Source: a virus
IMG/VR virus record: IMGVR_UViG_3300027749_000066
Span: 33,487 to 97,486 of that record
DNA: 64,000 bases
Reading direction: 5' to 3' (one strand)
Every line of letters begins with the position of its first letter. The first letter of the stretch is position 1. A program made the position numbers and the translations under genes. The notes beneath the pieces were generated by a model. It saw only the letters and a program-made list of their open reading frames with translations. It was not told the origin of the DNA and did not search any database. Positions 1 to 10,402 of the stretch are shown one piece after another.

Positions 1-2
1 TC

Positions 3-266
3 GTTTCATTTTTGAAGGATGTTACTTGGTCAGCAAAGGTAAAGCAAGGCGTTTGTGTTGGTATCTCAGTTCTTGTAGCTGTTGGTATTACTGCAATTGA
101 TAAGGGAGTGAATCTTTCAGATTGGAAAGTTCTTGTTTCTAATTTGTCAGTTGTTTTTACTGTAGCTCAGGTTTTTTATAACCAGTATTTTGGTGGTACT
201 TCTATCAATGCTAAACTTGAGAATGTAGGTGTTGGCGCTGGTAAGGCGGTGACTCCAAGTGCTTAA
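3..266 (+). CDS. holin-like membrane protein (5' truncated)
   Basis: Frame open to window start; two hydrophobic helices. Confidence 0.5.
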   Translation, partial: VSFLKDVTWSAKVKQGVCVGISVLVAVGITAIDKGVNLSDWKVLVSNLSVVFTVAQVFYNQYFGGTSINAKLENVGVGAGKAVTPSA

Positions 267-441
267 GTGTAAAAAATGTGGTGGATTTCTTTATGAAGAA
301 GAAGTTTATTATGATGAGGATGATAATAAAATAGTTCAAATAGGTTGTTATCAATGTTCACATAAAGCATATATAAAGGCAAAAGATTGGGCATTTTTTA
401 AAAAGAAAATAAATGATGCCATTAAAAAAAATAATGAGTGA
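259..441 (+). CDS. small zinc-ribbon protein
   Basis: CxxC...CxxC, coupled overlap with neighbours. Confidence 0.65.
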   Translation: MLKCKKCGGFLYEEEVYYDEDDNKIVQIGCYQCSHKAYIKAKDWAFFKKKINDAIKKNNE

Positions 442-895
442 ATCAAAATTTGTAAAAATTAAGGTTAATAAATTATATTTTTTGCCTAGTGGTGATGTTG
501 TGAGAGTGGTAAGAATAAACTGGATGCGTAATAGTGTCATAGTTCATAATTACCACTCTCATAGCAATGAGGTGGTGGAATACGAACTCGCCCCTGCTAT
601 ACTGTCTCCGGCCTACCGAATCGGGGAGGTCGCTAGGATGTTGGGCAAGCAACCTGCTACCTTGCGTAAGTATGAACAACTAGGTTTAATTCCTAAAGTT
701 CGTAAGATTTCTTTGAATTTTGGTGAAAAACGTTTCACTAGGGTGTATACTTCAAAAGATGTAGAAGAGATTGTAGAGTTTTTTGATAGGAGGAAGCCTG
801 TTGGTAGACCTTCTAGAACTAATACTTTCGGAATAAACAAAAATGAGATTAAGAGAATTCTTAATTCAAGATATATAAAGGAAGATAATGGCTAA
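434..895 (+). CDS. MerR-family HTH DNA-binding protein
   Basis: YRIGEVARMLGKQPATLRKYEQLGLIP...RVYT MerR signature. Confidence 0.85.
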   Translation: MSESKFVKIKVNKLYFLPSGDVVRVVRINWMRNSVIVHNYHSHSNEVVEYELAPAILSPAYRIGEVARMLGKQPATLRKYEQLGLIPKVRKISLNFGEKRFTRVYTSKDVEEIVEFFDRRKPVGRPSRTNTFGINKNEIKRILNSRYIKEDNG

Positions 896-1115
896 TTTAA
901 CGCCTGAGAAAGATAGTAATAACTCAATTTGGTGCTCAGTTGGTATCACGAAGAATCTTGGCAATTATGAGAGTCTCCGTATCGATGCTGGTGCTAGAAT
1001 TGACATTGAAGCTTTTTCTGATAAAGAAGAGGCTTGGAAGAATCTTTGGACAGAAGTTCAGGCTCAAATTGAAGAGCAACTTATCGAAGCTGATCGTGGC
1101 TTGGCCGAAGGCTGA
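888..1115 (+). CDS. hypothetical phage protein
   Basis: TKNLGNYESLRID motif seen in phage replication regions; coupled. Confidence 0.7.
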   Translation: MANLTPEKDSNNSIWCSVGITKNLGNYESLRIDAGARIDIEAFSDKEEAWKNLWTEVQAQIEEQLIEADRGLAEG

Positions 1116-1438
1116 TGTGTTGGCCAATGTCTAGTAATCTTAAAAAAGTGCATTGGACAAAGGACGCATTGTGTAAGTTTGATAAGAAGTTTACTTCGTT
1201 CCAAGTGGATGAGGTGAACGAAGCTAAATCTATTTGTGCTAATTGCACTGTTCAAGTAGAGTGCATTTTTGCTAATGCAGAAACAGATGGTACATTCATA
1301 TCCGCTGGTTTATCGAAATACGATAGACTGTTAATAGAATGGAAGAGGGTGAACAATACTGATGAAGGAAACTTCAGAGGAAGTTCTACTTATATTTCAG
1401 AAGTCGTGCGACGAGCACGCAAAACTATTCATTCCTGA
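1115..1438 (+). CDS. WhiB-like transcription factor (divergent)
   Basis: W..DALC...EAKSICANCTVQVEC 4-Cys pattern; GVWGG degenerate. Confidence 0.7.
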   Translation: MCWPMSSNLKKVHWTKDALCKFDKKFTSFQVDEVNEAKSICANCTVQVECIFANAETDGTFISAGLSKYDRLLIEWKRVNNTDEGNFRGSSTYISEVVRRARKTIHS

Positions 1439-1685
1439 GCCTCGTCAAGATCAAATTATTGAGAGTTTGCTCAACTACTATAATAAATACTATTCAATGA
1501 AAATCCTTGAAGAATGTATTCATGAGTTCGCTAGAAGTCATCAAGATCCTATCATAATTTATGAATTTGCTATGGACTCAAGTAAAATTCGTGAGAAGAT
1601 TCTTGAGCGGGAAAAGTCAAAAAAAGAATTCAGCACTTTAGTCAAGCAGACTGAAGAGAGGATGCGTTTGTACGATGAACTATGA
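1362..1685 (+). CDS. hypothetical protein
   Basis: ORF coupled to helicase. Confidence 0.6.
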   Translation: MKETSEEVLLIFQKSCDEHAKLFIPEPRQDQIIESLLNYYNKYYSMKILEECIHEFARSHQDPIIIYEFAMDSSKIREKILEREKSKKEFSTLVKQTEERMRLYDEL

Positions 1686-2901
1686 ATTAAATCTATTGAA
1701 TAGTATTCTCAAGACTGGTGATCTTGTTCCTTGCATTGAGCAGGGCGTTGATTATGTGTTTTCAGAGTATTCTGATGTATGGAATTTTATTGTTCAGTTT
1801 AATAACGAATATGGTCAATCTCCATCTAAAGATGTTATTAAAACAAACTTCAAGAGCTTTGAATTTTATAATGCAGAGTCTCCCATTCAATTTTATATTG
1901 ATGATGCTAAGAAGCAAAGCCTTAGTCGTGGTGTTAGAACAGCTTTATTTAAGGCTTCTGATGCCTTGAAGAGTGGTGATGATCCTGCGAAGATCCTTAC
2001 CCTTATGCAGAATGAGGCTGCACAGTTGATCCGTGATTCGGGAAGACTGAAGGACTCTAATATTGCTGATTACACTGAGCGTGCGACGATCCTTAAAGAT
2101 CGTATTGAAAATCCTGATCATCGCATTGTTGGTGTGACTAGTGGCATTAAGGTTATTGATGCTCATTTTGGTGGCTTTCAGCCCGGTGATTTTGTTGTTG
2201 TTATTGGATGGACTGGTGTAGGAAAGTCTGCACTGACTCGTCTTATGGCTGCTAATGCTTGGCGTGCCGGTTATGTTCCTTTAATCATCTCCCTTGAGAT
2301 GGATCGTCTTCAGGAAGAATTCCGCATGGATACTATTCTGAATGCTGGTGAGGTATTCACCAATACTCAACTTACAAATGGTAAGGGCATTGGTATTAAT
2401 GACTATGAGGGTTGGGCTAAAGAGATGTTTGATGGCAAGCCTCCTATCCATCTAGTTACATCTGATGGGATTGAAACTGCTGATCAGCACTTTGTTCAGG
2501 CAAAGATTGAGCAGTATAAGCCAGATCTTGTAATCCTTGATTATCATACTTTGTTTGATGATGCAAACAAGGGTGGATCAGAGACTGAGCGTGCAAAGAA
2601 TCTATCAAAAGCTTTCAAGCGTATTGCTGTTCGTAATCGTGTACCTGTAATTGATGTTTCAGGTGTCACGATGGATGATGGTCATGATGAGCGTCCTCCG
2701 GAACTTAGCGAGATTGCTTGGAGTAAGCAGTTGTCTTATGATGCGGATATGGTTCTCGCTGTTCATAGATCTATGGGTAGTGACATTTTTCAAGTAGTAA
2801 CTCGAAAGACTAGACGGTGTGCGCCGTTTGCGTTTTATCTTAAGTGGAATCTAGACTCAGGTGAATGGAAGGAAATTTATGAGCACGAAGCGATGGACTA
2901 A
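1675..2901 (+). CDS. dnaB: DnaB-like replicative helicase
   Basis: Walker A GWTGVGKS, SLEM, LVILDY, YDADMVL. Confidence 0.92.
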   Translation: MNYELNLLNSILKTGDLVPCIEQGVDYVFSEYSDVWNFIVQFNNEYGQSPSKDVIKTNFKSFEFYNAESPIQFYIDDAKKQSLSRGVRTALFKASDALKSGDDPAKILTLMQNEAAQLIRDSGRLKDSNIADYTERATILKDRIENPDHRIVGVTSGIKVIDAHFGGFQPGDFVVVIGWTGVGKSALTRLMAANAWRAGYVPLIISLEMDRLQEEFRMDTILNAGEVFTNTQLTNGKGIGINDYEGWAKEMFDGKPPIHLVTSDGIETADQHFVQAKIEQYKPDLVILDYHTLFDDANKGGSETERAKNLSKAFKRIAVRNRVPVIDVSGVTMDDGHDERPPELSEIAWSKQLSYDADMVLAVHRSMGSDIFQVVTRKTRRCAPFAFYLKWNLDSGEWKEIYEHEAMD

Positions 2902-3079
2902 GAGGCCGTTCTATTTTATTGAGGGAGAGGCGATTGATCAGGAAGCTATCATTCGTGTTCGTCCTCAGATTGAAAAGTATGTTCGATATGATTTGAAGAA
3001 GAATTTCAAGAAGACAAATGTCACTTGGGATATGAATGATAAAGGTAACTTCAACTTTAAGATTGAGTTTTATGGTTGA
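2879..3079 (+). CDS. hypothetical protein
   Basis: ORF between helicase and primase. Confidence 0.6.
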   Translation: MSTKRWTKRPFYFIEGEAIDQEAIIRVRPQIEKYVRYDLKKNFKKTNVTWDMNDKGNFNFKIEFYG

Positions 3080-3998
3080 TATTCTTGACTATATTGAGTC
3101 TAAGGGTATGCAGGTTATGCGTGATGATGGTTCCGAATTAGCCTGTTATTGTCCTTTCCATTCTAATATGGATACTCCAGCTTTTTATATTAATAAAAGA
3201 ACTGGCCTTTGGATTTGTTTTAATCCTTCCTGCGGAAAGACTGGATCGCTTCGTGATCTTATGACTTTTTTTGGTGATAAAGGCAATATAGTCAAGGATT
3301 ATTCCTTTGATCAAATTACTGATAATCTTCGTGAACATCAAGAGGTTATAGACTCGTCGTGGGATGAAACTCTTGATCTGTTAAGAGTTGACTATGAGAC
3401 TGAATCTCATAAGTTAAAATATTTAATGGATCGTGGTTTTGTTATTGATACTCTTGAGTATTTTGATGTTTGTTTTTCTGATGTCAAAAAACGTATAGTT
3501 ATCCCTGCTAGGGATGAAAAATATAAAGTCATTGGTTTTATTGGCAGGACTATTTTGCAGGATGTTCAACCAAAATATCTTTATTCAAAAGGTTTCCCTA
3601 GAAAAAATATTTTGTTTAATTTAAACAATGCAAAGCGCTATGATTCATGTATAGTTGTTGAGGGTAGTTTGGATGCAATGAAAATTCATCAAGCTGGTTT
3701 TCCAAATGTCGTCTCCTCATTAGGAGCAACAATTACTAAGGAACATATTGGGAAATTAGCATCATACTTTGACAATATCATTATATTCTCAGATAACGAT
3801 AGTGCTGGAGATGCTATGAGATCAGAGATTATAAAGAATCTTTATGACAAAAATCTTAAGATTGTTCAGTTTGAAAATCCTGATATCAAAGATCCCGGCG
3901 ATATGAACGAAGAGCAAATTGTTTCACATATTAATAATGCAATAGACTATTTTACTTGGAGTTTTAATCATGTATTTTCGGCTTACACATCTGACTGA
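3072..3998 (+). CDS. dnaG: DNA primase (CHC2 zinc finger + Toprim)
   Basis: CPFH...C..C, VVEGSLDAM, DND.AG, KDPGD. Confidence 0.93.
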   Translation: MVDILDYIESKGMQVMRDDGSELACYCPFHSNMDTPAFYINKRTGLWICFNPSCGKTGSLRDLMTFFGDKGNIVKDYSFDQITDNLREHQEVIDSSWDETLDLLRVDYETESHKLKYLMDRGFVIDTLEYFDVCFSDVKKRIVIPARDEKYKVIGFIGRTILQDVQPKYLYSKGFPRKNILFNLNNAKRYDSCIVVEGSLDAMKIHQAGFPNVVSSLGATITKEHIGKLASYFDNIIIFSDNDSAGDAMRSEIIKNLYDKNLKIVQFENPDIKDPGDMNEEQIVSHINNAIDYFTWSFNHVFSAYTSD

Positions 3999-4146
3999 AG
4001 ATGTATTCCAACTTGACTTCATGGATGGTTCCATGAGTAACACTGTCCTACTCAGTGCTAAGGAGATTTCCTTGCTGGAGGAGGTTCTGGAGGTCTTCCC
4101 GACGCTTGAGGTGTCAGAGCAGATCGATAGATGGTATAATGGTTAG
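3970..4146 (+). CDS. hypothetical protein (58 aa, below ORF-track cutoff)
   Basis: ATG..TAG open frame MYFRLTHL...RWYNG filling the gap. Confidence 0.5.
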   Translation: MYFRLTHLTEDVFQLDFMDGSMSNTVLLSAKEISLLEEVLEVFPTLEVSEQIDRWYNG

Positions 4147-4214
4147 ACGCCTGAGTGCGTTTGATTAAATCAAAGATAGACGTTTATTAACGTAGAAAGA
4201 TAAAGGTAATTAAA

Positions 4215-4880
4215 ATGAGTATGTTCAAAACACTTAGTGATCTTAAGAAGAACACAATCGAAAACAAGGGCAGTGGCCCTATGGGAGATGGCGAGCGTAT
4301 TCCTCGCTTCTTCTCCGTGAAGTCCGGCGAATCATACCTGATTCGCTTCCGTCAGGAACTCACCGAGGATTCAGCGAATTTCTCTGATGCCGCTGGGGTT
4401 GCTCATGTTGTTTCAGTTCACACTAATCCAAATGATTACAAGAAGAGTGCGATTTGCACTGGTGATAATGAGGATTATGGTTATCGCTGTTTTGGTTGTG
4501 AGCAGGTTGTCCATGATCGTGGTTGGAAGGCAAAGCAGCATCTTCTTCTGAATGTTGCAGTTTTTAGTGCTGATGACGAAACTTGGGAGCCTCGCATCCT
4601 TGATCAGAAGTTCACTGGCGCTCACGTTGCAGAAACTATTGTTACTTATGCAAGTGAGTATGGTACGATTATGGATCGTGATTTCAAGATCTCTCGTACT
4701 GGTCAGAAGCAGCAGACTAAGTATAATCTGATCCCCCTTGCTCCAAAGGATGCAAATGCTTCAATTGCAGAACTTCCTATGCATGATTTGACTAAGACTT
4801 ATAAGCTCATGAGTCCTGCAGAACAGGCTGGTTATTATATTTCTGAAGAAGACAACTCTGGCTCTAGCGGTTGGGCTTGA
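4215..4880 (+). CDS. single-stranded DNA-binding protein (gp32-like)
   Basis: Zn motif H..C..C..C, FKISRTG..TKY, acidic tail, strong RBS. Confidence 0.75.
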   Translation: MSMFKTLSDLKKNTIENKGSGPMGDGERIPRFFSVKSGESYLIRFRQELTEDSANFSDAAGVAHVVSVHTNPNDYKKSAICTGDNEDYGYRCFGCEQVVHDRGWKAKQHLLLNVAVFSADDETWEPRILDQKFTGAHVAETIVTYASEYGTIMDRDFKISRTGQKQQTKYNLIPLAPKDANASIAELPMHDLTKTYKLMSPAEQAGYYISEEDNSGSSGWA

Positions 4881-4887
4881 GTTATTT

Positions 4888-4916
4888 GCTGGGGGACTTC
4901 GGTCCCCCAGCATTTT
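4888..4916 (+). terminator. rho-independent terminator
   Basis: GCTGGGGGAC-TTCG-GTCCCCCAGC then T-run. Confidence 0.85.
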
Positions 4917-4941
4917 CTTCTGAAAGGTATATGACTAAATT

Positions 4942-5481
4942 ATGATTGTTCTTGATATTGATGGGGTTGTGGCTAATCCCTTTGATGAAGTAAACTATTT
5001 CTTAGGAAATCTTGGATATGAAACTAAACCTTGGACTTCTTGGGAAAGTGATAGTTGGTCAGAAGTATATAATTATGTAAATTCATCAACAATGATTGAT
5101 TGCGTTAATAATAAACTTATTTATAAAAACGCTATTTCATTTGAAGAAGCTTGGTATTGGACTAATCATTATAGTTCAACATATGACATCATGTATCTTA
5201 CTGCTAGACCAGAAACTATGTCTCAATTAACTTGGGATTGGTTTATGGATTGGGATATCCCAGCAGACTTTATTGTTTTTCAAAAAAATAAAGTTGACTT
5301 TCTTCAGCAATTATATATTGATATTTATGTTGATGATAATCCTCAAATAGTTATTGATGCTTTTGAGAAGGGTGTGCCAGCAAGATTGCTTAACCGTCCT
5401 TATAATTTAACCGCAGATATTGATCCAAAACTTAGGATTAATTCTTTATGGGATATTGATTTTAATGAAAATATTATTTGA
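4942..5481 (+). CDS. HAD-family 5'(3')-nucleotidase
   Basis: DIDGV, LTAR, YVDD, RPYN. Confidence 0.8.
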   Translation: MIVLDIDGVVANPFDEVNYFLGNLGYETKPWTSWESDSWSEVYNYVNSSTMIDCVNNKLIYKNAISFEEAWYWTNHYSSTYDIMYLTARPETMSQLTWDWFMDWDIPADFIVFQKNKVDFLQQLYIDIYVDDNPQIVIDAFEKGVPARLLNRPYNLTADIDPKLRINSLWDIDFNENII

Positions 5482-5824
5482 TGGTTCTATTAAAACATCT
5501 ATAAATAAAATTGTTATTGATACTTTTTTAAATGGTGTATATAAACAATATGGCAAAAAACTTTACATTATTTATACCGGAGTGGGTAAAACATCTGACA
5601 TTATAGATGATTGGGCAATCAAGAATTTCCCTAATGATGGTACAAGAAATTGTTTTAATGCAATTTGGTATGATCATTATAAAAAAGAAGACGAATTATT
5701 TAATTATGAACTTATGAATGAGACTAAACCAGATTTAGTTTTTATTTTTGGTGATGATTCTCATGATTTTTCAAAAGTTGCAAAACAAATGGGTGTACCA
5801 GTTTATAAAGTAGAAAAAATATAA
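5465..5824 (+). CDS. hypothetical, possibly degenerate SLOG/DUF2493 protein
   Basis: KPDLVFIF...AKQMGVPVY C-terminus. Confidence 0.45.
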   Translation: MKILFDGSIKTSINKIVIDTFLNGVYKQYGKKLYIIYTGVGKTSDIIDDWAIKNFPNDGTRNCFNAIWYDHYKKEDELFNYELMNETKPDLVFIFGDDSHDFSKVAKQMGVPVYKVEKI

Positions 5825-6303
5825 TGGATGATTTAAACAGACCATCTTGGGAAGAGTATTTTTTAAACATTGCGTTGGCAACTGCTGAGCGATCTACTTG
5901 TCCAAGTAGAAAAGTTGGAAGTGTTATTGTCAATCCTGCAACTCAACAAGTAATCTCTATGGGCTATAATGGTGCTGCTAGAGGTGCTCCTCATTGCACA
6001 GATCAATGCTTGTCTAGAGAAAAAGGGAGCGACTGGGATAAGTGCAATGCTATCCATGCAGAATTAAATGCAATAATAGCTGCTGCTATGAATGGAGTTA
6101 GTACTAATGGTGCTACTATGTATCTCACTACCACTCCGTGCTTGTTCTGTGCAAGGACATTGATTAATGCTGGTATAAAGAAAGTAATTTCTCTTACTTT
6201 ATATTCTCATACACAAGGACTCGAGCTTCTACAAGAAAGCGGAGTAGAAGTGATTATTGCAAATATTTATATGAAAGGAAAAAATGAAGACAGTTTTGTT
6301 TGA
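5824..6303 (+). CDS. dCMP deaminase
   Basis: RSTC..RKVG, GYNG, HAELNAI, PCLFC. Confidence 0.93.
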   Translation: MDDLNRPSWEEYFLNIALATAERSTCPSRKVGSVIVNPATQQVISMGYNGAARGAPHCTDQCLSREKGSDWDKCNAIHAELNAIIAAAMNGVSTNGATMYLTTTPCLFCARTLINAGIKKVISLTLYSHTQGLELLQESGVEVIIANIYMKGKNEDSFV

Positions 6304-6487
6304 AAGAGTGCAGATTTGTGAAGTTGTTTATTCTGACAAAGATGTAGAGAATTTTCTAGCAGAGAACCCTGATTCTGTTGAACATGATTATTATAATTAT
6401 GTAATGGAATTGATTAAAGATCAGGATGAGTCTTGGACTTCTGCTGAAGTTTTTATTATTGGACATATTGAAGGTATTAAGGAATAA
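6284..6487 (+). CDS. hypothetical protein
   Basis: RBS AAAGGA, coupled. Confidence 0.6.
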   Translation: MKTVLFERVQICEVVYSDKDVENFLAENPDSVEHDYYNYVMELIKDQDESWTSAEVFIIGHIEGIKE

Positions 6488-6489
6488 TT

Positions 6490-9400
6490 TTGCCTGAGTT
6501 TACACATCTACATAATCATAGCGAATACTCACTTCTTGATGGTCTGACTACTCCGGAAGAGATGGCTCAGATCGCAAGTACTAATGGTCAGATTGCTTCT
6601 GCAATTACTGATCATGGAACTATGGGTGGGTTTATTAGATTCCAGAAGGCTTGTAAGGATCAAAATGTTAAGCCAATCTTTGGTGTTGAAGCATATTTTG
6701 TTGATGATGTAGCGACGGATGATGAGGATAACAAGGCTGAAAGATTCCATCTTATTCTTCTTGCTAAGAATGATAAGGGGCTTGAAAATCTTTTCAGACT
6801 TAATAATGTCGCTTGGACTGAGCAGTTCTACTACAAACCTAGAATTGACTTCTCTAATTTGGAGCAATTTGGTGAGGGATTAATTTGTCTTTCGGGATGT
6901 ATGGGTAGTGCATTGTCTAAAGCAATTCTTGCCGGTGATGAAAAGCGATCAGAGCTATTGCTGAATAGGTTTCAAAGAATCTTCAAGGATGATTATTATC
7001 TTGAAGTACAGCCCCATAATCCACCGGAGCTTAATGCAAAACTTATTGACTATGGGGACTCTTATGATATTCCTATTGTCGGTACTCTTGATTGTCATTT
7101 CCCAACAGCAAATGATTGGGGCGTTGAGGAAGTGCTTTTGGCTGTTGGTCAGAGTTCATCTATGAATGCTGCTCAGAAGCGTCATGCTAAGGATAATTAT
7201 GATAAAGCTTGTAATGTTCATAATCTAATTGATAAGATGGATTTGCTTTATCCTGATCGCAGGCTTTCCTTCAAAGATCTTCCTCTTTATATGATGGACG
7301 CTAATGAAGCATTACGTCACTTTGAAGATGCTGGTATTACAAGAACGGATATTCTTGAAAATACTATGGAGATCGCTGATAAGTGTAATACAGAGATTAA
7401 GATGAATAATATGTTCTTACCTTCTTATACTAAGAATATCAAGATCAATATGACTTCTAATGAATATCTTCGTGACATTTCGTTTTTTCTTCTTGAGCAG
7501 AAGGGTCTTTCTTCTGATCCTGTTTATATTGATCGTCTTAATGAGGAGTTGGAAGTAATTGCAGGGAAGAACTTTTCGGACTATTTTTTGGTCTTGTGGG
7601 ATCTTATTAGTTGGGCTGACAGTGACGGCATTGCCCGTGGGCCTGCCCGTGGTAGCGCTGGTGGATCTCTATTGTCTTATGTTCTTGGTATTACGAATAT
7701 CGATCCGGTCAAGCATGGACTTCTCTTTTTTCGGTTTATCAATCCTGAGAGAAACGATTTCCCGGATATCGATTTGGACTTCGAAGATCGTCGCCGTGAT
7801 GAGGCGAAAGAATATCTGAGGAATCGGTGGGGTCCAGAGAATGTCGCTGGTATTTCTGCTTATGGCACATTCCAGCCTAAGGGTTCCATCAAGGCTATTG
7901 CTAGCGCTTTTGCTGTGCCTTATACTGAGGCTAATGCTATATCTCCTCTCTTTGAGACTTTTGAGGAATATAAAACTAAAGATAAACTTGCTAAATTCAG
8001 GAATAAGAACCCAGACATCATTAAGGTCGCTGAGAGGCTTGTGGGACGATATAAGAACGCATCAGCGCACGCTGCTGGCGTCGTCGTATCTAATGTTCCC
8101 CTAAATACTATCGTTCCCATTGAAGTTCGTGAAGAGGCAGGAACCAAGCGCAAGATCAATGTGATTGCTTATGACAAGGATGAGACTGGCGAATTTGGAC
8201 TCATTAAATTTGATGCTCTTGGAGTGCGTGCGATCACAGTCATCAAAGATTGCATTAATGCCATTAAGGAACGAAAAGGAATTGATGTCTCAAAAGACAG
8301 CATCGATATTGACAACCCAGATTCAAGAGTCTTTGCAGAATTCACAGCAGGCAATGTTGTTGGAATCTTCCAAGCGGAAGGTGCTGGTTATGCTTCTCTT
8401 ATTACTGAGATGGGTATTTCTAACTTCAACGATTTAGCTGTTTCTAATGCCTTGGTACGTCCGGGATCGTATGTAACTCAGGGCAAGAAGTATCTTGCTC
8501 GTAGAGATGGCACTGAGCGTACTATTTATGATCACAAGATTCTTGAGAATATTCTTGGTGAGACTTATAACACCTTCATCTTTGAAGAGCAGGTTATGAA
8601 GATCGCTGTGGAACTTGCTGGCTTCAGTTGGGCTAAGGCTGACCGTCTTCGTAAGATCATCTCCAAGAAGAAGGATGCTGCTGAGTTTGATAAGTATCAG
8701 AAAGAATTTGTTGATGGTGCTTCAACTCATATCTCGGAGCATAAGGCGAGAAGTCTTTGGGCTGATATTGAGAAAGCTTCTCTTTATATGTTCAACAAGT
8801 CTCATGCGACTGCTTATTCGCTAGTATCGTATCAAACAATGTGGCTTAAGGTTAATTATCCTACTGAGTTCATTTGGGCTACTTTGTCTAATGAGACAGA
8901 GGGTGAGAAAGTTACTACATATTTGTTTGAGGCTCAACGACTTGGCATCGAAATCCTCGGTCCCGACGTAAATAGTTCTGAGTATAGTTTTTCTTTGGAT
9001 GGTGATGCGTTGCGGTTTGGTTTGTCTAATATTGCTGGTTGTGGTGCGAATACTGTTAATGAGATTTTGTTGAAGCGTCCTTTTCAGGATTATGATCATT
9101 TTGTTAATTCTGTGCAGAAGTCTAAGGTTAAGGTTAATAATCTTGAGGCTTTGCAGAAGGTGGGCGCTTTGGATAGTGTCGGTTATGATTCTCCGTATGA
9201 GTCTCGTCGGTATTTTGGGCCGTTGTTGAATTATCCGGTGACGATGAATGATAAGTCTCCGTTTGATTCGATTATTATGCCGTGTGCTGATGCTCAGGAT
9301 AATAAGGAGGATATTAATTTGTATATTGTTCGTGGTGTGGTTAAGTCTACGAAGCGGACTTCTCGTTATTTTCGTGCTGAGATTGAGGATGCGACTGGTG

Positions 9401-9951
9401 TTGTGTCGTCGTTTGCTGATTCTGATGCGGTGATCAATAAGCGTGATTATGTGATTGCTATTGTTGGTGACCAGACGATTCATCATGTTGCGGATTTTAA
9501 TGATATTGAGACTGGGAAGACTGATTCTAAGTTTTCGAGGTTTTTGCAGAGGCAGATGGCTGGTGATTCTTTGGATGAGTTTGATTTTCTGTATGATAAG
9601 GGTGTTAAGCGTAGTATTGTGCCTAATGGGAAGACGCCGCTTTTGGCGTATCTTATTAATACGGTGAATTTTAAGACTCGTAATGATAAGGATATGTGTT
9701 CGTCATATTTTTATATTCCTGATCATGGTTGGTTGAAGACAACTATTTTTGGGTCTAGTGTGGTGTCTCATCGTTCGGAGTTGAATAGTGTTTTTGAGTG
9801 GAAGATGTTGAAAATTACTTCAGGTAAAAATGGGCAATATTCGTTGGTGAATGTCATTTCTGCTGAGAAGTGGTGTAAGATGAATCTTATTGATGTTGAA
9901 CAGGAAAGAGGCAAGTATGGCAAAAAGTTTGATGCATCGATTTCTCTCTAA
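6490..9951 (+). CDS. dnaE: DNA polymerase III alpha subunit
   Basis: PHP HLHNHSEYSLLDG, RGSAGGS, FPDIDLDF, FNKSH. Confidence 0.97.
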   Translation: MPEFTHLHNHSEYSLLDGLTTPEEMAQIASTNGQIASAITDHGTMGGFIRFQKACKDQNVKPIFGVEAYFVDDVATDDEDNKAERFHLILLAKNDKGLENLFRLNNVAWTEQFYYKPRIDFSNLEQFGEGLICLSGCMGSALSKAILAGDEKRSELLLNRFQRIFKDDYYLEVQPHNPPELNAKLIDYGDSYDIPIVGTLDCHFPTANDWGVEEVLLAVGQSSSMNAAQKRHAKDNYDKACNVHNLIDKMDLLYPDRRLSFKDLPLYMMDANEALRHFEDAGITRTDILENTMEIADKCNTEIKMNNMFLPSYTKNIKINMTSNEYLRDISFFLLEQKGLSSDPVYIDRLNEELEVIAGKNFSDYFLVLWDLISWADSDGIARGPARGSAGGSLLSYVLGITNIDPVKHGLLFFRFINPERNDFPDIDLDFEDRRRDEAKEYLRNRWGPENVAGISAYGTFQPKGSIKAIASAFAVPYTEANAISPLFETFEEYKTKDKLAKFRNKNPDIIKVAERLVGRYKNASAHAAGVVVSNVPLNTIVPIEVREEAGTKRKINVIAYDKDETGEFGLIKFDALGVRAITVIKDCINAIKERKGIDVSKDSIDIDNPDSRVFAEFTAGNVVGIFQAEGAGYASLITEMGISNFNDLAVSNALVRPGSYVTQGKKYLARRDGTERTIYDHKILENILGETYNTFIFEEQVMKIAVELAGFSWAKADRLRKIISKKKDAAEFDKYQKEFVDGASTHISEHKARSLWADIEKASLYMFNKSHATAYSLVSYQTMWLKVNYPTEFIWATLSNETEGEKVTTYLFEAQRLGIEILGPDVNSSEYSFSLDGDALRFGLSNIAGCGANTVNEILLKRPFQDYDHFVNSVQKSKVKVNNLEALQKVGALDSVGYDSPYESRRYFGPLLNYPVTMNDKSPFDSIIMPCADAQDNKEDINLYIVRGVVKSTKRTSRYFRAEIEDATGVVSSFADSDAVINKRDYVIAIVGDQTIHHVADFNDIETGKTDSKFSRFLQRQMAGDSLDEFDFLYDKGVKRSIVPNGKTPLLAYLINTVNFKTRNDKDMCSSYFYIPDHGWLKTTIFGSSVVSHRSELNSVFEWKMLKITSGKNGQYSLVNVISAEKWCKMNLIDVEQERGKYGKKFDASISL

Positions 9952-10402
9952 AGTTGAAAAAACTGATTACTGCTGGGAGTGGATGGCAGCAAAAAATCCG
10001 TGTGGATATGGAGTAATGAGATATAGTACGCAAGTTAGTCTTAGGCAGGCGACACATGTTGCAGTTGAGCTTTTTAGACCTGATGACATTAGGCCTTCAA
10101 TAAATTATGGTATTATGCATTCTTGTGATAATCCGGGTTGCGTCAATCCTGATCATCTTAAATGGGGGACTCCAGCAGAGAATCAGTTAGATAAAGTTAT
10201 AAAAAATCGTCAAAGAAAAGGTGAAAGTCATCCTTTTGCTAAGTTATCCTTAGAGCAAGTAGAGCAAATTCGTTCACTTTGCAGTGAAGGCAAAACACAA
10301 AGAGAGGTAGGAGAATTGTTTAATGTAAGTAATCAGCAAGTTTCTCGCATTATTAATAATAAGCGATGGAAGAAAGAGGGTAACCAAAATTCTTGTAATT
10401 AA
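9917..10402 (+). CDS. HNH homing endonuclease with C-terminal HTH
   Basis: CWEW, HSCDNPGCVNPDHL, GESHPFAKL; more AT-rich than flanks; sits between dnaE and recA. Confidence 0.9.
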   Translation: MAKSLMHRFLSKVEKTDYCWEWMAAKNPCGYGVMRYSTQVSLRQATHVAVELFRPDDIRPSINYGIMHSCDNPGCVNPDHLKWGTPAENQLDKVIKNRQRKGESHPFAKLSLEQVEQIRSLCSEGKTQREVGELFNVSNQQVSRIINNKRWKKEGNQNSCN